A program made the position numbers and the translations under genes. Below, piece after piece: positions 1 through 28,248 of a stretch of 64,000 nucleotides of DNA (the stretch's first letter is position 1; the number at the start of each line of letters is the position of its first letter). The notes beneath the pieces are model-generated. The model was not told where the DNA came from. It saw only the letters and a program-made list of their open reading frames with translations, and did no database searches. This stretch comes from Podarcis filfolensis (taxonomy: Eukaryota). The stretch is from assembly GCA_964270895.1 (NCBI GenBank), contig OZ185442.1, one strand, 5' to 3'.

Positions 1-590
1 AGCAAGTTGCCTTGAAGTGACAGTACTTCAAAATGTCTAGAAAACTACATAGTTGGGAAAGGCTACTCTAGGCCCTCACAGGTTTGAGATGCACACACAA
101 GTTCCAACTCAGTTACTCTGAACACCCTTCTGTACTAAGAGTAAGGTGATTGCTTCCCATCTTCATTGCATTTTTATGGGTGAAAATGAGATTCTAACAA
201 GTGTCATCATGATTCAGAAGTAGGGCTTAGGAGTTGCTAGTTATTCCTGATTAACAGGCACAAAGCTGTGCTCTTACGTAGTGGTGTTAGGCGTGTGTGC
301 ATGTGCACATGTGCTGTGCTGGTTCCTCTGTCCTTTCAAAAATGAATAAGCAAAAGTAGGGTTGGGCATTTGGTTAATCGGTTACTTTGTAAAGTTTTAT
401 GAGCATAATATAATTAACAACTTTGATACTTAATACTAATCACAAAAACCAATTTGGATAACATTTATTGTGAAACAATAATAAATTTATTAAATGAATT
501 ATTTTATTACATATTAATTTCACTCTTCACCCTAATGAGATCAGGAACAGCTTACATGGTTTTCCCCTGCCCCCGATCCTCTTAACAATT

Positions 591-1316
591 GTAAGAATGT
601 AAGAAGAGCTCAAAGACCCATCTAGTCAAGCATTCTCTTCTCACAGTGGTCACTCTGATGCTTGTGGAAACCAGAGCGCAACAGCACTTTCCCCACTTGA
701 GATTCCCAGCAAGTGGTATTCAGATGCATTGAAAGCCTTATCCTCCATGAATTTGTCTAATACCCTTTTAAAGCCATCCAAGTTGGTGGCCATTGCTATA
801 TCTTTGGGAGCAAATTTCTTAGTTCTATGTGTTGTATGAAGAAGTACCACCTTTTGGCTGTCTTGAGTCTACCAATATTTAGCTTCATTGGATGACCTCT
901 GTTTTTTTAGTATGATGAGAGAAGAGAAAAAGCCTTCACCCTATCCACTTTCTCTAGTCTAGACCATGTATGATTTATTACACCTCTTTTTGCCTTTTTT
1001 TCTGAACTAAGATGCCTCATAGAGGAGTCATACTTGCTTTTTCTGAAGTTTTTCCAGTTCCACAATATCCTTTTTTGGCGGTAAGGTGACCAGAACTGTG
1101 ATGTTCTAAAGATGGTGGCACCAAAGATTTGTATAATGACATTATGATATTATTGACTGTTTTGCTTTAAATCCCATTCATAATTATCTCCCATATGAAG
1201 TTCACTTTTGTCACAGCTTCTGTGGGCTAGGAACACACTGAGGTGTCCAATGCTATACCATGATCTCACTCCTGGTCATCCAGCACCAGTTCAGACCCCA
1301 TTAGTATTTGTTATGG
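591..1316 (-). mobile_element. CR1 LINE 3' portion (decayed)
   Basis: The minus-strand frame encodes MATNLDGFKRVLDKFMEDK, a CR1 ORF2 C-terminal-like motif, followed by a CR1-type 3'UTR; boundaries approximate. Confidence 0.72.
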
Positions 1317-1944
1317 AGGCAGGTTTTTGTGTTTTTTGTTTTTTACTATATTATTTATTTTTTTGTTTTTTATATTGTAAACCATTCTGTGATCCTCAGA
1401 TGAAGGGTGGTATAGACATGATGATGATAATAATGATGATAATGATAATAATGCTAAAGATGTGAACTTTCCAGAAATTGTGAATCCATAGAAAAAACAT
1501 TGTTGGGGTATGGGGGGATTTGGGGTGAAATATGCAATCCATTTTAAAAGCATCCTTTACAGTTCAAAAGTCATTTTGTAACTTTTGTAACATAAACTGT
1601 ATTATATATAACCTTGCTTACTATAAAATTACCATGTTTTTGTATATTAAAATGCACTTTATTCAGTCAATAATTATAGGTTCAATTTACTTTTTAAAAT
1701 CTTAGTTACAAATGCAGCTACAAGGTGCTGAACCGTAATAAATTTTTTTTGGCATCTCTTTGGTTTTACCAGTTTATGAGGAGCCAGCAAAAAATAATAA
1801 AAACAGAAGAAACAGTCAACATTATAGTAAAGCAAAAAAGGAATTAGGTATTCTGAAAATTATTGTGTCTCCTCCAGTCCTCCAGTATGAAATTCGACAA
1901 AAAGCACTCATTTCCATAAGAAGAGCTGAGAAAATGAGGGACCC

Positions 1945-2525
1945 AAGAGTCTGTGAACTGTTGGCATCTGTCTGTCTGGAGAGACAATGGAGTGCGCCTC
2001 CAGGGGTGAAGTCAAACCCCTGAAGTGACCTTCCCGGGACATAAGCCTGGGCAGTGTGTATGGGGGTCCCATGCTGCCCAGATGACAAGACACGTGCCCC
2101 CTCCCCTTGGCCTCACTGAAGTGGTCCAAAGGAAAGCTGAGCAATACATTTGGCACCAGTTTGACTGCAGAAGTTCCCAGAAGGAAACTGAGAGGTGCCA
2201 TCCAGCTGTCTTAGGGACTCCACTCCTGGTTTGTCTGGGTTTACTAAAAAAATTTTCTTCCGAAGATATCAGGCAAGGCAGCAGAGGTTTAGGATCAGGG
2301 TTTTCTTTCTCCTAGATGAGCTACCTTCTCAGGTTGATGAGCCTCATCTGCCGTTTACTTCCCTCTACACAGCATGTGCAGGAACTACCTTCTTGACTGC
2401 TGGACCCACCATTGGTCTCATTCTTTCAATCAACTGGAGCCTGTCTTTACAGGCAGGGAAGTCCTTAACTCACCAAGGGTTTGTGACCCATCGGCTACCC
2501 TCACCTGGTTTAGCTGGCCAGTCAA
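1945..2525 (-). mobile_element. RTE-clade-like retroelement leader-derived repeat
   Basis: Minus strand reads GAAGGTAGCTCATCTAGGAGAAAGAAAACCCTGATCC, resembling recalled RTE 5' leader sequence; family not verified. Confidence 0.4.
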
Positions 2526-3729
2526 TTCTACATGAAATTTAATAAGTCTTTATTTCTGAGCTATCACTACCAAGTTCTGGGTCTTCATATTTGTTACTTT
2601 CTTTCTCCTTCTTTTGCCAAACCTTTGTTAGGCATTATAGACATATTTGTTACATTTATCATGGACTGCTCAAGTTTTGCCCAGATTGAAACAAGCTGAT
2701 CTATTTGATATATCAGTTTATTTCTTGATTTGGTGTAAGTATTTCCAAACATAGATCAGTTTCTTTTATACATTGTAGAAGTTGAAGGAATCTGACGTAG
2801 GTAAGAAGCATGAGGGGTCAGAGGCTTGCCACTATGTTGCAAGAGGGATTAGTTTGGCAGAATTACAGACTGCATTTGAGGTGTGAACACCTGAATATGT
2901 TCTGTATTCTGCAACATTTAAAGGTGCATTTCCAACATGTTTGTTGTTTGTTTGTAATCCAGTCAAATGCAGAAGCAGTGCTGTCATCACTTACATTTCT
3001 GACTTTAAATCATGAATCCAATAGATTTTCACTAGAATCAATTGGGTGGCAAAAAAAATCCCAAAAGCTTCGCAAAAGAGGAGCAATGGCTCTGACAGTG
3101 TCCTAGAACCCTTCCGCCTTACTAGACTTTGAGAAGGACACAGGAGGACTCTAGGACCCTATCAGAGCCCTGCCGCCTCCTTCCCAAAGCTGGGCAAACA
3201 CTTACTGGGCTTTGGGAAGGCAGCACTCTGAGATGCTGCCAGACCCCTCACACACCCTTCCCAAAGCTGGGTGGTTCCCGGCTTTAAATGATGCATGGAT
3301 AGACAAACCCTCACATGTAAGTTACCTGTACATACAAATTACAGTGATCTGATACAGTACATGGTATCACATACAGGTCTTTCTGTTACATCATTTTTAG
3401 AAACCTTTTTGAGGGAGTAGATATGTGAAGGCTTTGTCTTAAACATTTTATTCAGCATTGTAAAGGAAAATATTTCATAATCTTTTTTATTTTTTTATGG
3501 GGGTGGGTGGGAGAAAAATAAAATGGTGTTGGAAAACCCTGCACTTTTTCTGAATTTTCTCAGTCCCTCCACCAGGCCTTCACATCTCTGCTGCTTAGCA
3601 AACTTGGCTGCTGCACAGTTCACCCCTAGCTCCATGTCATTTATAAACAAGTTAAAAAGTTTCGCCTAGGTCCTATATCCTTGGAGGACTCCACTTTCTA
3701 CCTCTCTATTGGGAGAACTATCCCTTTAT

Positions 3730-5400
3730 TCTTTCTCTTGGCTTGCTGTCCCTTAACCAGTTACCTGTTCTTTTATCACATAACTTGGTGAGGAACACAA
3801 TGTTGACTGGCTCACTCATATCTACCGTATATGGCAGGTGACACTCTCAAATAATGCTAAAATGTTAATGAGATAGGACCAAACCTTGCAGAAACCATGC
3901 TGATTCAACTTTAGCAATACTTATTTTTTCTAGATGCTTGGCAATGCTTCTTGCCAGTTTTCCTGGAATAGACACCAACCAAGTCAGCCTATAATTTCCC
4001 TGATGTCACCTGGACCCTTTTCTTTTTCTTTTTCTTAAAAAAGTGGTGTTACATTGGCCACTTTCCAATCCTCTGGTATGAAGGCTGATGTTAGAGACAA
4101 GTTAAATATTTTTGTTGGAAGGTCAGTGCTTTCGTACCACCTTGGGCGGCTGTTATCTGGAATGATTGATTTGTCCATTTTTTGTTAATATTTATTAATA
4201 TAACATGTACAGTGCATATTAAAAGGACATTAGAACAAAAGAAAACACCCTGAAAAGAACTATACAAAAAATAGAACACTTTAAAGATATCAACAACTAA
4301 TACTAGTGGGACAGCAAAAAAGAAAAAAGTTTAGAGGGCGTAAGGAAGAGACAAAAAAGCCAAGTAAGTTCAGTGATTCTTCTAAATAAAATCATACTTG
4401 GCTGAACAAGGCGACCTACCTGAAACTTGTCAACAAAGCCAAGAACTCTCATCATCACTATTTGCCTCAGTTCCTCAAACTCCTTGAGTAAGTTTCTCTA
4501 GGCACAGGATTTGCCCCATGTATTCCACTGCAGAGACAGATGCAAAGAACCCATACAACTTCTCTGCCATCTCCTTTCCCTCCTTTTCCACACCTTTGAG
4601 TCCCTTGTTATCCAAAGGTCCAAATGCCTTTAGCCAGTTTTCTGTTTCTAATATATTTAAATATTTCTGTAGTTATTGTTAGCAAGGTAAATTGTCCCAA
4701 CACCTTGACTTTCCAGACAACTTCCTTCTGTCTGTGAGATGGTTTCACGTCGCTCCTTAAAAGAGATAAACAAATTTCTCTAACCGCTCTGTGTTTTATG
4801 TTGTGTCCTCAAATTCTTTCTTCGTATCTCTTAACGTTGTTGGCATGTCTTCTGCTAAGGTTTGAGTTCTCCTTCCCCCCTTTTGTTTGGACAAGACTTC
4901 CATTTATTGAAATAAGTCTTTCCTAGAATAGCTTTCTTGACCCAACTCATTAATCATGCTGACATCCTCTTGGCTGTGGTGGTACCTTCACTGCTTAGCT
5001 TCTGTTATTGTGGTTGCAGGGTGGGACCCAAGCATTTTGCAGAGGTTTGACCCTCCTGACTTTCTCTTTTAACTTCCTTTTTTATTAGAGGTTTCCTCTT
5101 CTGAAGTCAAATGGACTGTGTTGGACTTCCTTGGTAATTGCCCAGTTATATTGAATTTGATAGCACTGTGGCCAGTTGGTTCAAGAACACTTATATCTCC
5201 CTTCAGGTCCTCCTGGGCAGCACTTAAGATTAAGTTCAGTGTTGCTGCCTCTCTTATCAGTTCCTGAAGGGTAGGTTAAGCTGAGTGTGACTGTTTTAAC
5301 ATGATCTAATGAACCTCATCACTATGAGAGGACTTGAATCATGGTCTTCCTAGTCTTCATCCAGTACTCTGCTTGCTAGGTTGTGGTTTTTGCCACTGAT
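3730..5400 (-). mobile_element. CR1 ORF2 remnants (RT about 3730-4140; endonuclease/linker about 4380-5400), interrupted by an A-rich insert
   Basis: Minus-strand remnants of WKVANVTPLFKK and NQHGFCK(G) RT motifs and an ATLNLILS endonuclease-end motif; many stops. Confidence 0.6.
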
Positions 5401-6771
5401 GGCTACTTATGTTTCTGTTCAGAGAAACCTGTAGCTGTAGCGTGGGGCCTGTGAGAAAAGCTTTTCCCATCCTGCAGCAACGTTTGTCCCTCACTTTCAT
5501 GGGGCTGCTAGTCACTCCTTGCTAACAAATAACACCATTATGAAATAAGTGGCATTCATTCTTGGAATAATTGACCGCAGTCAAAGGGGTAGCCAATAGA
5601 TGAATGTGTGCTCTAGTTTTGAGTGGCAGACCTGACCTCTTAATATGTTATAGATTTTAGTTTGCTCTTGTAGTTTTGCTGAAAAGCCTAAAAACCTTCC
5701 CTCCCACCCTTCCAACCCAAAGCTATAATTTTAAGTGTGGATGAGTAGAAGGACAGATATAATTGGTTTGGTAATAAGTTTGGGTTCTTTGGATTAATGT
5801 GATAAAGAGGAAATGAATTAACTTTCAAGAGTGTTATGTAGTGGGTTGGCATGCCAGGCAAACTGGAGTGGGTGAGAAGGAATTAGATGACAACTGGGTT
5901 GTGTCATACAGGAACCAGCAGGGCGAGTTTGGACTGCCTTTCAATAACCTTTCAGCAATGTGTGTTAACGTTATAATCTGGTAAATACCTAGGAAGAATG
6001 CTAATAATTTTGGATTTCCCCTTTTAATGCATGCTTATGTGCCAAGTGGCAATGCTAATATACACTTAAGGTCGCTTTGCTCGAATTGGAAAGGGGGGGT
6101 GAGGTGTTCATTTCTGGCTAATTAGAGTAAAATTGTCAGCATGATATTGGGTATGTGGGAGTTCGTAAATATACAACTGATCTGGCACATGTAGCTTAAT
6201 GTGTCCTCAGGATAACTCAGCAAACTAGTCAACTCATATGCTTTAAGCACTCCCTGATATACAGGCAAGATGATGAAACAACACTAAAAGATCCAAGCTG
6301 GAAAATCTCGGGTGCATGCTCTCTTGGGATGTCTAAAAGCTAATAGTTTAATCTCTGCATGTGAAACGGTGAAGGAGGGTTTCTTCCCCCGCTGCTGATA
6401 CCAGCCTCATTGTCAGGATGTTCAGGGGAAAGAGAAGTTGTCTGTCAAAAAGGATTGTGGGAACTGTCTTTCTCACTTTGGACTTGGAAGTTGTTAGTTC
6501 TGAACAGTTCCATCACTTCTGTAACAAAAATTAGGATTATCATTCCAGAGAAAGAGGTCTCTTGCTGTGGGTGGCATAATATCTTTTTCTAATGATGGCA
6601 GGTGAATAATGAGTGTTGAGGACTATAGAGGTTGCAGGCACCATTCCTCCTTCCCTTGGATCTGTGGAATTCTGAAATGCTGAAGTTTAAGCATCCTCAA
6701 ATAAACAACAGTAGCAATCCATGGAGAGCAAGCGTGTGCAGAAGTGGGATAGTTCCTGTTCAGTAGTTTGA

Positions 6772-21778
<15,007 letters not shown>

Positions 21779-23026
21779 AGTTTGGGGGAACGACGGGTAA
21801 TTCCAGAGGTTTACAAATACAAACACACCCTTCAGTCACCTAGGGAAGGGATGAACCAAACCCCTGTATGCTCTGCAGCAAGCCTCGTCTTGAAGGGGGT
21901 TAGGGCTTAGCCTCCCTCTCTTTCCAGCACTTATGGCTACCCAAACTTTCTCTCTGTGTTACTGATCCAAACAGTTGTGCGAGATTTACTTGGATAAGCG
22001 GCTGTACCCCCACGGTCTGCACGACTGGCTCTGGGTTGATTCTGCAGTTTCGTACTCTACCTTTCCCAGCCTACCATTTTCTCTGTTCTTCCGTTGGGCA
22101 ACATTTCAATTTCTCCCCTCCCCCATACACTGGAATGTAGCATATGCACCCCATAGAGGCAAGCTCCTGTGGGGTCAGATTCTACTTAAGTCATAAGCAA
22201 ATTAAAGCCTGTAAGTGGTGGGTTTCACCTCTGCTCTCTCCAGGTCTCACCCTGGCCCTCATTTTCCTGTTTTTAAACCAGCAAGTCTTGGAAATGGTTT
22301 TGAGTCGGTCAAAAGTACATTCAAAGCAGGTAGCCATTGGGGAGAATCCTACTTCCTCCCCCTTCCGTTCCCTCTGGGGAAGTGCCTGCCTTAGTTGGAG
22401 GAAAGGTCATTCTTTGAGACAGAAGGAGAACTTCCTCTGGCGAAGCATGTTATTATCGCTAGAAAAGCCAACCTGGTCATTCCCATCACTGTGCAAAATT
22501 CAGAATTGTGTTGATTACAGCTGCTTGGACTATGTGAAAGAGGCAAAGAGGAAGTGTTTGGGCAAGGAGACCAGTGGGGAATTTTGGAAGCCAGACATGG
22601 AGGGGCTGTTCAGAATTGGTGTGCAACAATCTGCCAAGGGTTCAGATCCCTATAAGCATTTTTACATGCCCAGCCCAGTGTTGGAATTGTTGGGGTAGAA
22701 TCCTCTGCTTTGGGGGAATGGTGTGTAAGATGCTCCTTTTGTTTTTCCATTGGGTCTCGTCATGAGCCCCATAGTTCTACCCCACCTTTTGGGGGGATTA
22801 TATTGTGTGATTCTGGTGACTTCATATACCTAAATCCACAAAAAAAAAAATTGTCGCCATGCCGAAATGCAGATTTTTTTTCTTTCTGTTACATTGTCAA
22901 ATATTTAATTTTAAGTAAGAAGGTTAGATTGTTTCTATTTGAAGCATCTGTTTACATTCCACATCCCCATAACGACATGTTAGCATTGATATCAGGTCAG
23001 ATCCATTTGTACAATTCACTGGAACC

Positions 23027-23032
23027 AATAAA
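23027..23032 (+). terminator. Candidate alternative (intronic) poly(A) signal of CSNK2A2
   Basis: AATAAA with upstream TGTA (23008-23011) and downstream GU-rich TGTGTTGTCC (23051-23060). Confidence 0.45.
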
Positions 23033-24022
23033 TCTCTCTGTGTACAAACTTGTGTTGTCCTCCGTCTAGTCTCTGGGAATTCCTTGGAAGGAAAGATCTG
23101 ATTTGGGGGCTGAGGTACAATTTTGGGGGCATAGGAGGAAAGCCCTCTTGTTAATCTCTACCCTTAAAGCTCGGTAGCTTGAGTAGAGCCTTGGATGTGA
23201 AAGACCTGTGTTCAGGTCCCAACTCACTGGCTGGCTTTGAGTGCAGGGTTTGCTCTCTGCTTTTCATCCCAGTTTTAATTTCCCTCTTGGACCTTTTATT
23301 TCTGATCACTTTGTTGACCACTTTCAGAGGATGTTTATGCTGAGCAGAATCTTAAGATGATGGACTCTTCCTTGTGACCTCTAATCACTCTTCCCCTAAC
23401 CATTGCTCACTTCTGTTTCACCCATACATCTTTTCACACCTCGCTGTCCTTTCAGGAAAAAATAGTTTTGTTGCAATTAGTTCTTTTTTAGAACATTGAA
23501 TAGCGAGCTCGGGCTAAATATCAAGAAGTAAGTGCATGGATTTTTTTTAAAAAAATATATTCAGAACAGAGCACTCTTTTCTTCAATGCAAAATGTTTAA
23601 GAAAGCAGGTCAGCATCTCCGCCTTCTATTATCTTAATTTGAATTTGTCTACGTGGTTTTCATGGCCCCCAATTTACTATTGTTTTACTTTTAAGAAAAG
23701 CCATTGTTCAAAATGCACACAAGATGTAAGATATTCTTGTATAATTAAATGTTAGATTGAATATAGAATTTGGGGGTGGGGAGGCATACTGCCAATCCTT
23801 GTAGCTATGTTTAGCTGAGTTCTGTCAAAGTACCATCAAAACTTACTGAAAGATAGAATCATTTTTATTGAAGTACCTGATGCGTCTTCTCAGTTCTTTG
23901 ATCCAAAGGCTTCAAACATGAATATAAAATGTCCTCTGCCTTTGACAAATGGGGGTAAGGATCCACCCCACTGCCCCTTGGAGACTGTGATGGAGTCTTT
24001 TTGCACAATGTGGTGGTACTAT

Positions 24023-24095
24023 AGCAGCAGCAGCAGCAGCAGCAGCAATAATAATAATAATAATAACAACAACAACAACAATAATGATAATGATG
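24023..24095. repeat. Compound microsatellite (AGC)8(AAT)6(AAC)5 plus AAT/GAT tail
   Basis: Directly visible. Confidence 0.95.
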
Positions 24096-24119
24096 TAGCA
24101 CTTTCATACGTACGTGAAG

Positions 24120-24300
24120 CTTTTTAAACATTAACTTGTAACCCTAAACAACAACTTTGTAAGGTAGGTTATTATTATTATTATCCTCATATTGCAGGGT
24201 TAAGGCTGAGGAAGAGTGGCCTCCCTAAGGCCACTGTTGGAGGTGAGATTTGAATTGGGGTTGCCTGATTTTGTAGCAGAATCTATTAGCTGCTTGGCGG
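24120..24300 (-). mobile_element. MIR/CORE-like SINE fragment
   Basis: ACAACAACTTTGTAAGGTAGG...ATCCTCATATTGCAG...GGCTGAG resembles the reverse CORE-SINE body. Confidence 0.45.
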
Positions 24301-24589
24301 CCTCCCGGACACTGGCATGGGCTTGGGAACTGATGGCCCAGAACGAGCATGTTAGGGAGTGATGTGCTTGGCAAGCATTTCTCATTACAAACCAGGTCTG
24401 TGGCATTTCTTAATGTTGTGAGTTCAGGCATGCATATCCCAGGAGTGGTGTGGCCACGAGGACCTTCGCTTCCGATTATTGAGTTTTGTGTGCGTGCTTG
24501 TTACCCCTCCTGTGGCAGCCAGCCATTTTTGGACAAGCGTGCCACTTGAGTGCTCTTATGGTATGTACTTCCCTTAGTCTGCTGAGCCA

Positions 24590-24790
24590 GGGAACAAGAA
24601 TAAGCATAAGTAGAACTCTGCTGGATAAGGTCAGTGGCCCATCTAGGCCAGCATCCTGTTCTCACAGTGGTCAACCAGATGCCTGTGGGAAGCCTGCGAG
24701 CAGGGAATGAGTACAACAGTACTCTTCCCTCCTGCAGTTTCTAGCAACTGGCATTCTGCAACCAGTTGCATAACATAGGAATGTAGGAAA
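24590..24790 (-). mobile_element. CR1 LINE 3' end fragment
   Basis: GGCCCATCTAGGCCAGCATCCTGTTCTCACAGTGG, homologous to the 591-720 segment. Confidence 0.65.
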
Positions 24791-25961
24791 CTACCTTATA
24801 CAGAACAACTGTCCATCTTGCTTGGTGTTGTCTATGCTAAGTGGAGGCAGATGCATTAGGGTGAATGGGCACTGCTTCAGCAACCTCAATCTGCCGTGGT
24901 CATTGGCTCTGGCTCCACTTATTATTGCTGGTCTCCCTGCCTTTCACCCTATCCATCCCAATGAGCATCAGCCACCACAGTGGCTCTCCAGGGTTTCACA
25001 TATGAAGTCTTCCCCAGAGCTACCTGTAGGTCCTGGGTATTGAAAATGGGGGCTTGGGCCTGCAAAGCAGATTCTCTACCAGCAAGCTACACCCCTCCCC
25101 TAAATGAGCTGCATTTGTATAGCTACTCTTCTGCATATTTCTGGTTTTGTTGGGTCATAAGGTGGGGCAGGAGCTCTCCCAGGTTAGAGTTCCAAGCAAC
25201 TGAATGCTGTGTCTTTCGTATCTGCTTGGCTTTGGCAGAATCTGAGCATATAAAGCCCTGTCTTCAGCCTGTGGCTGGAGGATGTAACAAGTGGGAATGG
25301 AAAATCCAGCCGAAGGAGAGATGCATTGAGGCATGCTCTGTGCTGGGGGAAGGGATTTATGTGAAAGAGAAGTCTTCATCGCTTCATAGCCTTCCATCTT
25401 GAATAGGTGGACTAATCTTCAGAAACAAAGATGGTGGAGGTACTTTCTGCTCTATCATGGATGCAGTGGTGGAATCCTAATCTGAACATTTATTTTCCTC
25501 TGACATTTTCCTTTCTTTTGCTTGCTGTTCCTCAAGGGCGTGGGGTGGGGTTGTTAGTGGTTTATTTTGTCCTTGTTCTATTACGTGTTTTGTATGTTTA
25601 TCTTGTATTTTTATGCTGTGAACTGCCCGGAGATCTACAGATGAAGGGTGGTATACAAATTTAATAAGTAATAATAAAAGTCATCTCATATTCAGGCTCA
25701 TGACTATACCATGTCAGTGCCTTGGCACAGTTCTTGGAGAGGCATAGTTGCTTCTCAGATTGGGAGCTCCTGTCAAGGCGGGTTGGCTCCACAGTGTTGA
25801 AGCCTGCCGTTGGAATGCAGCGGTGTTTGACCCAACAGACCTTTGGCCATAAATGTAAACAGTTGCCTCTGACTCTTGTTCCTTGTGCTAACCATTCTGG
25901 CTACGCAGTGCCTCCAAGCTCCAGCTTTGCGTTTGATGCTTGCTTCCCGTCTCTTCCCTAG

Positions 25962-26395
25962 GTCTGTCTGGTGCTGTTCTCCCAATTTTCCATAAGCAGA
26001 ACAAGAACCAAATCAAACGTTTTAATCTGCTTGTGTACAGAGATGGTGGTGCGCAGCTTCCAGATGTCGTCATCCAAGTGGCAGGTTACGGGAGCAAGGA
26101 CTGCGGCAGTGGCGGCAGCTGATGGGATCGAACAGCATATAAAAACACAAACCTTAACTTCTGTCTTTGACTTCCTGTTGACCTCTTCCTGACCAAGAAA
26201 GCATGGGAAATGTGAAGGGTATGCGAAACCGCTGTTGGCTCAGGTGACTTCCCTGAACCCAGCCCAGTGTATGGTGTTCTGACCACCTGGCTCCTGTTTT
26301 GTGGGCTGGGGGAGGAGGGTGGGCCTGTGGCATGATGGACAGTTCTATATTAAGATAATTATATATTATTGAATAAAAGTTTTAAAAGTAAATGT
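25962..26395 (+). other. CSNK2A2: CSNK2A2 non-coding last exon (3'UTR), AATAAA at 26372-26377
   Basis: Pyrimidine-rich acceptor ttcccgtctcttccctag|gtctgtc; the TTTTCCATAAGCAGAACAAGAACCAAATCAAACG and TATATTATTGAATAAAAG segments match my recollection of the mammalian CSNK2A2 3'UTR; 3' end approximate. Confidence 0.8.
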
Positions 26396-26658
26396 ATGGA
26401 GAGTCGTACAGATGGAAGAAGGCATGCAGTGAGGCCTCTGCTTTGGAAGAGGACATATACCATATGGGGTGGTGGCTGGAGGAATGTGTCCTTGTATAGG
26501 TCCACAGGACCTGCCACTAGACAGACACAGTTTTTATTACGTAAAACTTGAGAAAGAGCAATGAAGTTTCCTATGAATTCCTCCCATGCGATAATCATTT
26601 AGAGTCAAGGCCCCCTCTCACTAGAATTCCTCCCTGGTCTCTTCCCCAACCCCTAATG

Positions 26659-26982
26659 CATGGGTAGGCAAACTAAGGCCCAGGGGCCGGATCCGGCTCA
26701 ATTGCCTTCTCAATCCAGCCCATGGATGGTCCGGGAATCAGTGTGTTTTTACATGAGTAGAATGTTTCCTTATATTTAAAAATGCATCTCTGGGTTATTT
26801 GTGGGGCCTGCCTGGTGTTTTTACATGAGTAGAATGTGTGCTTTTATTTAAAATGCATCTCTGGGTTATTTGTGGGGCATAGGAATTTGTTCATTCCCCC
26901 CACACAAAAAATATAGTCCAGCCTCCCACAAGTCTGATGGACAGTGGACCAGCCCCCTGCTGAAAAAGTTTGCCGACCCCTG
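26659..26982. mobile_element. hAT (Charlie-like) MITE with an internal tandem duplication (72-bp period)
   Basis: TIRs CATGGGTAGGCAAACT / AGTTTGCCGACCCCTG (14/16 match); duplicated units at 26743-26807 and 26815-26878; TSD not preserved. Confidence 0.75.
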
Positions 26983-28016
26983 CAACAAACCAATCAATAT
27001 GTAAAATGATTCACGGGATTCAGATACTCTCATGGTTGATTTCCGAAGCAGGTGGTCAAAAAATAAGTGAAAGAAGAAAGAGGGAGAGATGTCCTCCTGC
27101 TCATAGTCACTGTCCCTGAAAATCAGAAACTGCTTCACAAGTTTGCTCCTGAGTGTCTTGGCATCAATCACTCTTTTTTTTTTTTTAATGTAGCCTCTTT
27201 CCTTTGCTTCCCTTGACATCTTATGGCTGATCAATGCATGATGCCTGGCAATCCATGGCTGACCTGTTTGGGGAGTTTGTGCAGATTAAAGTGGAGAGGA
27301 CCCCCAAAGAGCTGTACATTGCATGCAGCGGTGGTGGTGCTGCTGCTGCTGTTGCTGTGCAAGAGGCTGCTTTCCTTCCCTGGGTGGGTTGGTTGGAAGA
27401 ATATAGGGCACCTAGAAAGCAGGGAAGCAGTCCTTGATCACAAAAAGGGAAGAGCAGAACGCTCCCTCTGCCAGTGCCACATGCTGGACACTTTCACTAT
27501 TCCCATTTCTCTGTTTCCCCACAACAAGCACACACACACACACAAGATCAGCCATGATCAGTCTCCCGGAGTATGTAATTTGCCTCTCACAAATTCATGT
27601 CTGAGCATTCGGGAACTAGCAACAAAGAATGCCAAGCATGCGCCTAGAGGGTAAAGCAGTGCCTGGACCATAGGAGAGAGAACAGTTTTGGAGGGCTGCT
27701 TCCCCTGGTTGTGAATGGTTGGAATAGCCTTATTGTGAAGGAGCTCTTCTTGCTCAGTACTAGAACTCAACCCGATACTGGAATACTAAGTTGCTTCTGA
27801 GGTCTGGAACATATGCTGCAGTGCCTTGTTTTTAACTTGAAGGCAATTATTTAAATGGGGGTGGGGGGAGATCCAACTGGATACTGTTTCCCCCCAGTAA
27901 AGAGTGCATTACTGCCTCCTTTAACACAGATAGCATTTCACCCTCTCTGTTGTCCAGACACTCCTGTTAATGGATCTGCTTGTGTGTCTATCCACACAAA
28001 TAAATTAAATATTGTA

Positions 28017-28248
28017 CAGTGGTACCTCGGGTTAAGAACTTAATTCGTTCTGGAGGTCCGTTCTTAACCTGAAACTGTTCTTAACCTGAAGCACCACTTT
28101 AGCTAATGGGGCCACCACGCCGCTGGAGCACGATTTCTGTTCTCATCCTGAACCAAAGTTCTTAACCCAAGGTACTGTTTCTGGGTTAGCGGAGTCTGTA
28201 ACCTGAAGTGTATGTAACCTGAAGCGTATGTAACCCAAGGTACCACTG
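28017..28248. mobile_element. Tc1/mariner (Tigger-like) MITE, 232 bp
   Basis: 18-bp TIRs CAGTGGTACCTCGGGTTA / TAACCCAAGGTACCACTG (17/18 match) flanked by TA target duplications (28015-16, 28249-50). Confidence 0.9.

Noticed and set aside
23865-24131. Poly-Ser/Asn and poly-Cys/Tyr ORFs
   Set aside because: Translations of the trinucleotide microsatellite.
26866-27654. Overlapping 67-143 aa ORFs between CSNK2A2 and CFAP20
   Set aside because: No recognisable domain or splice framework; partly MITE and simple-repeat derived.
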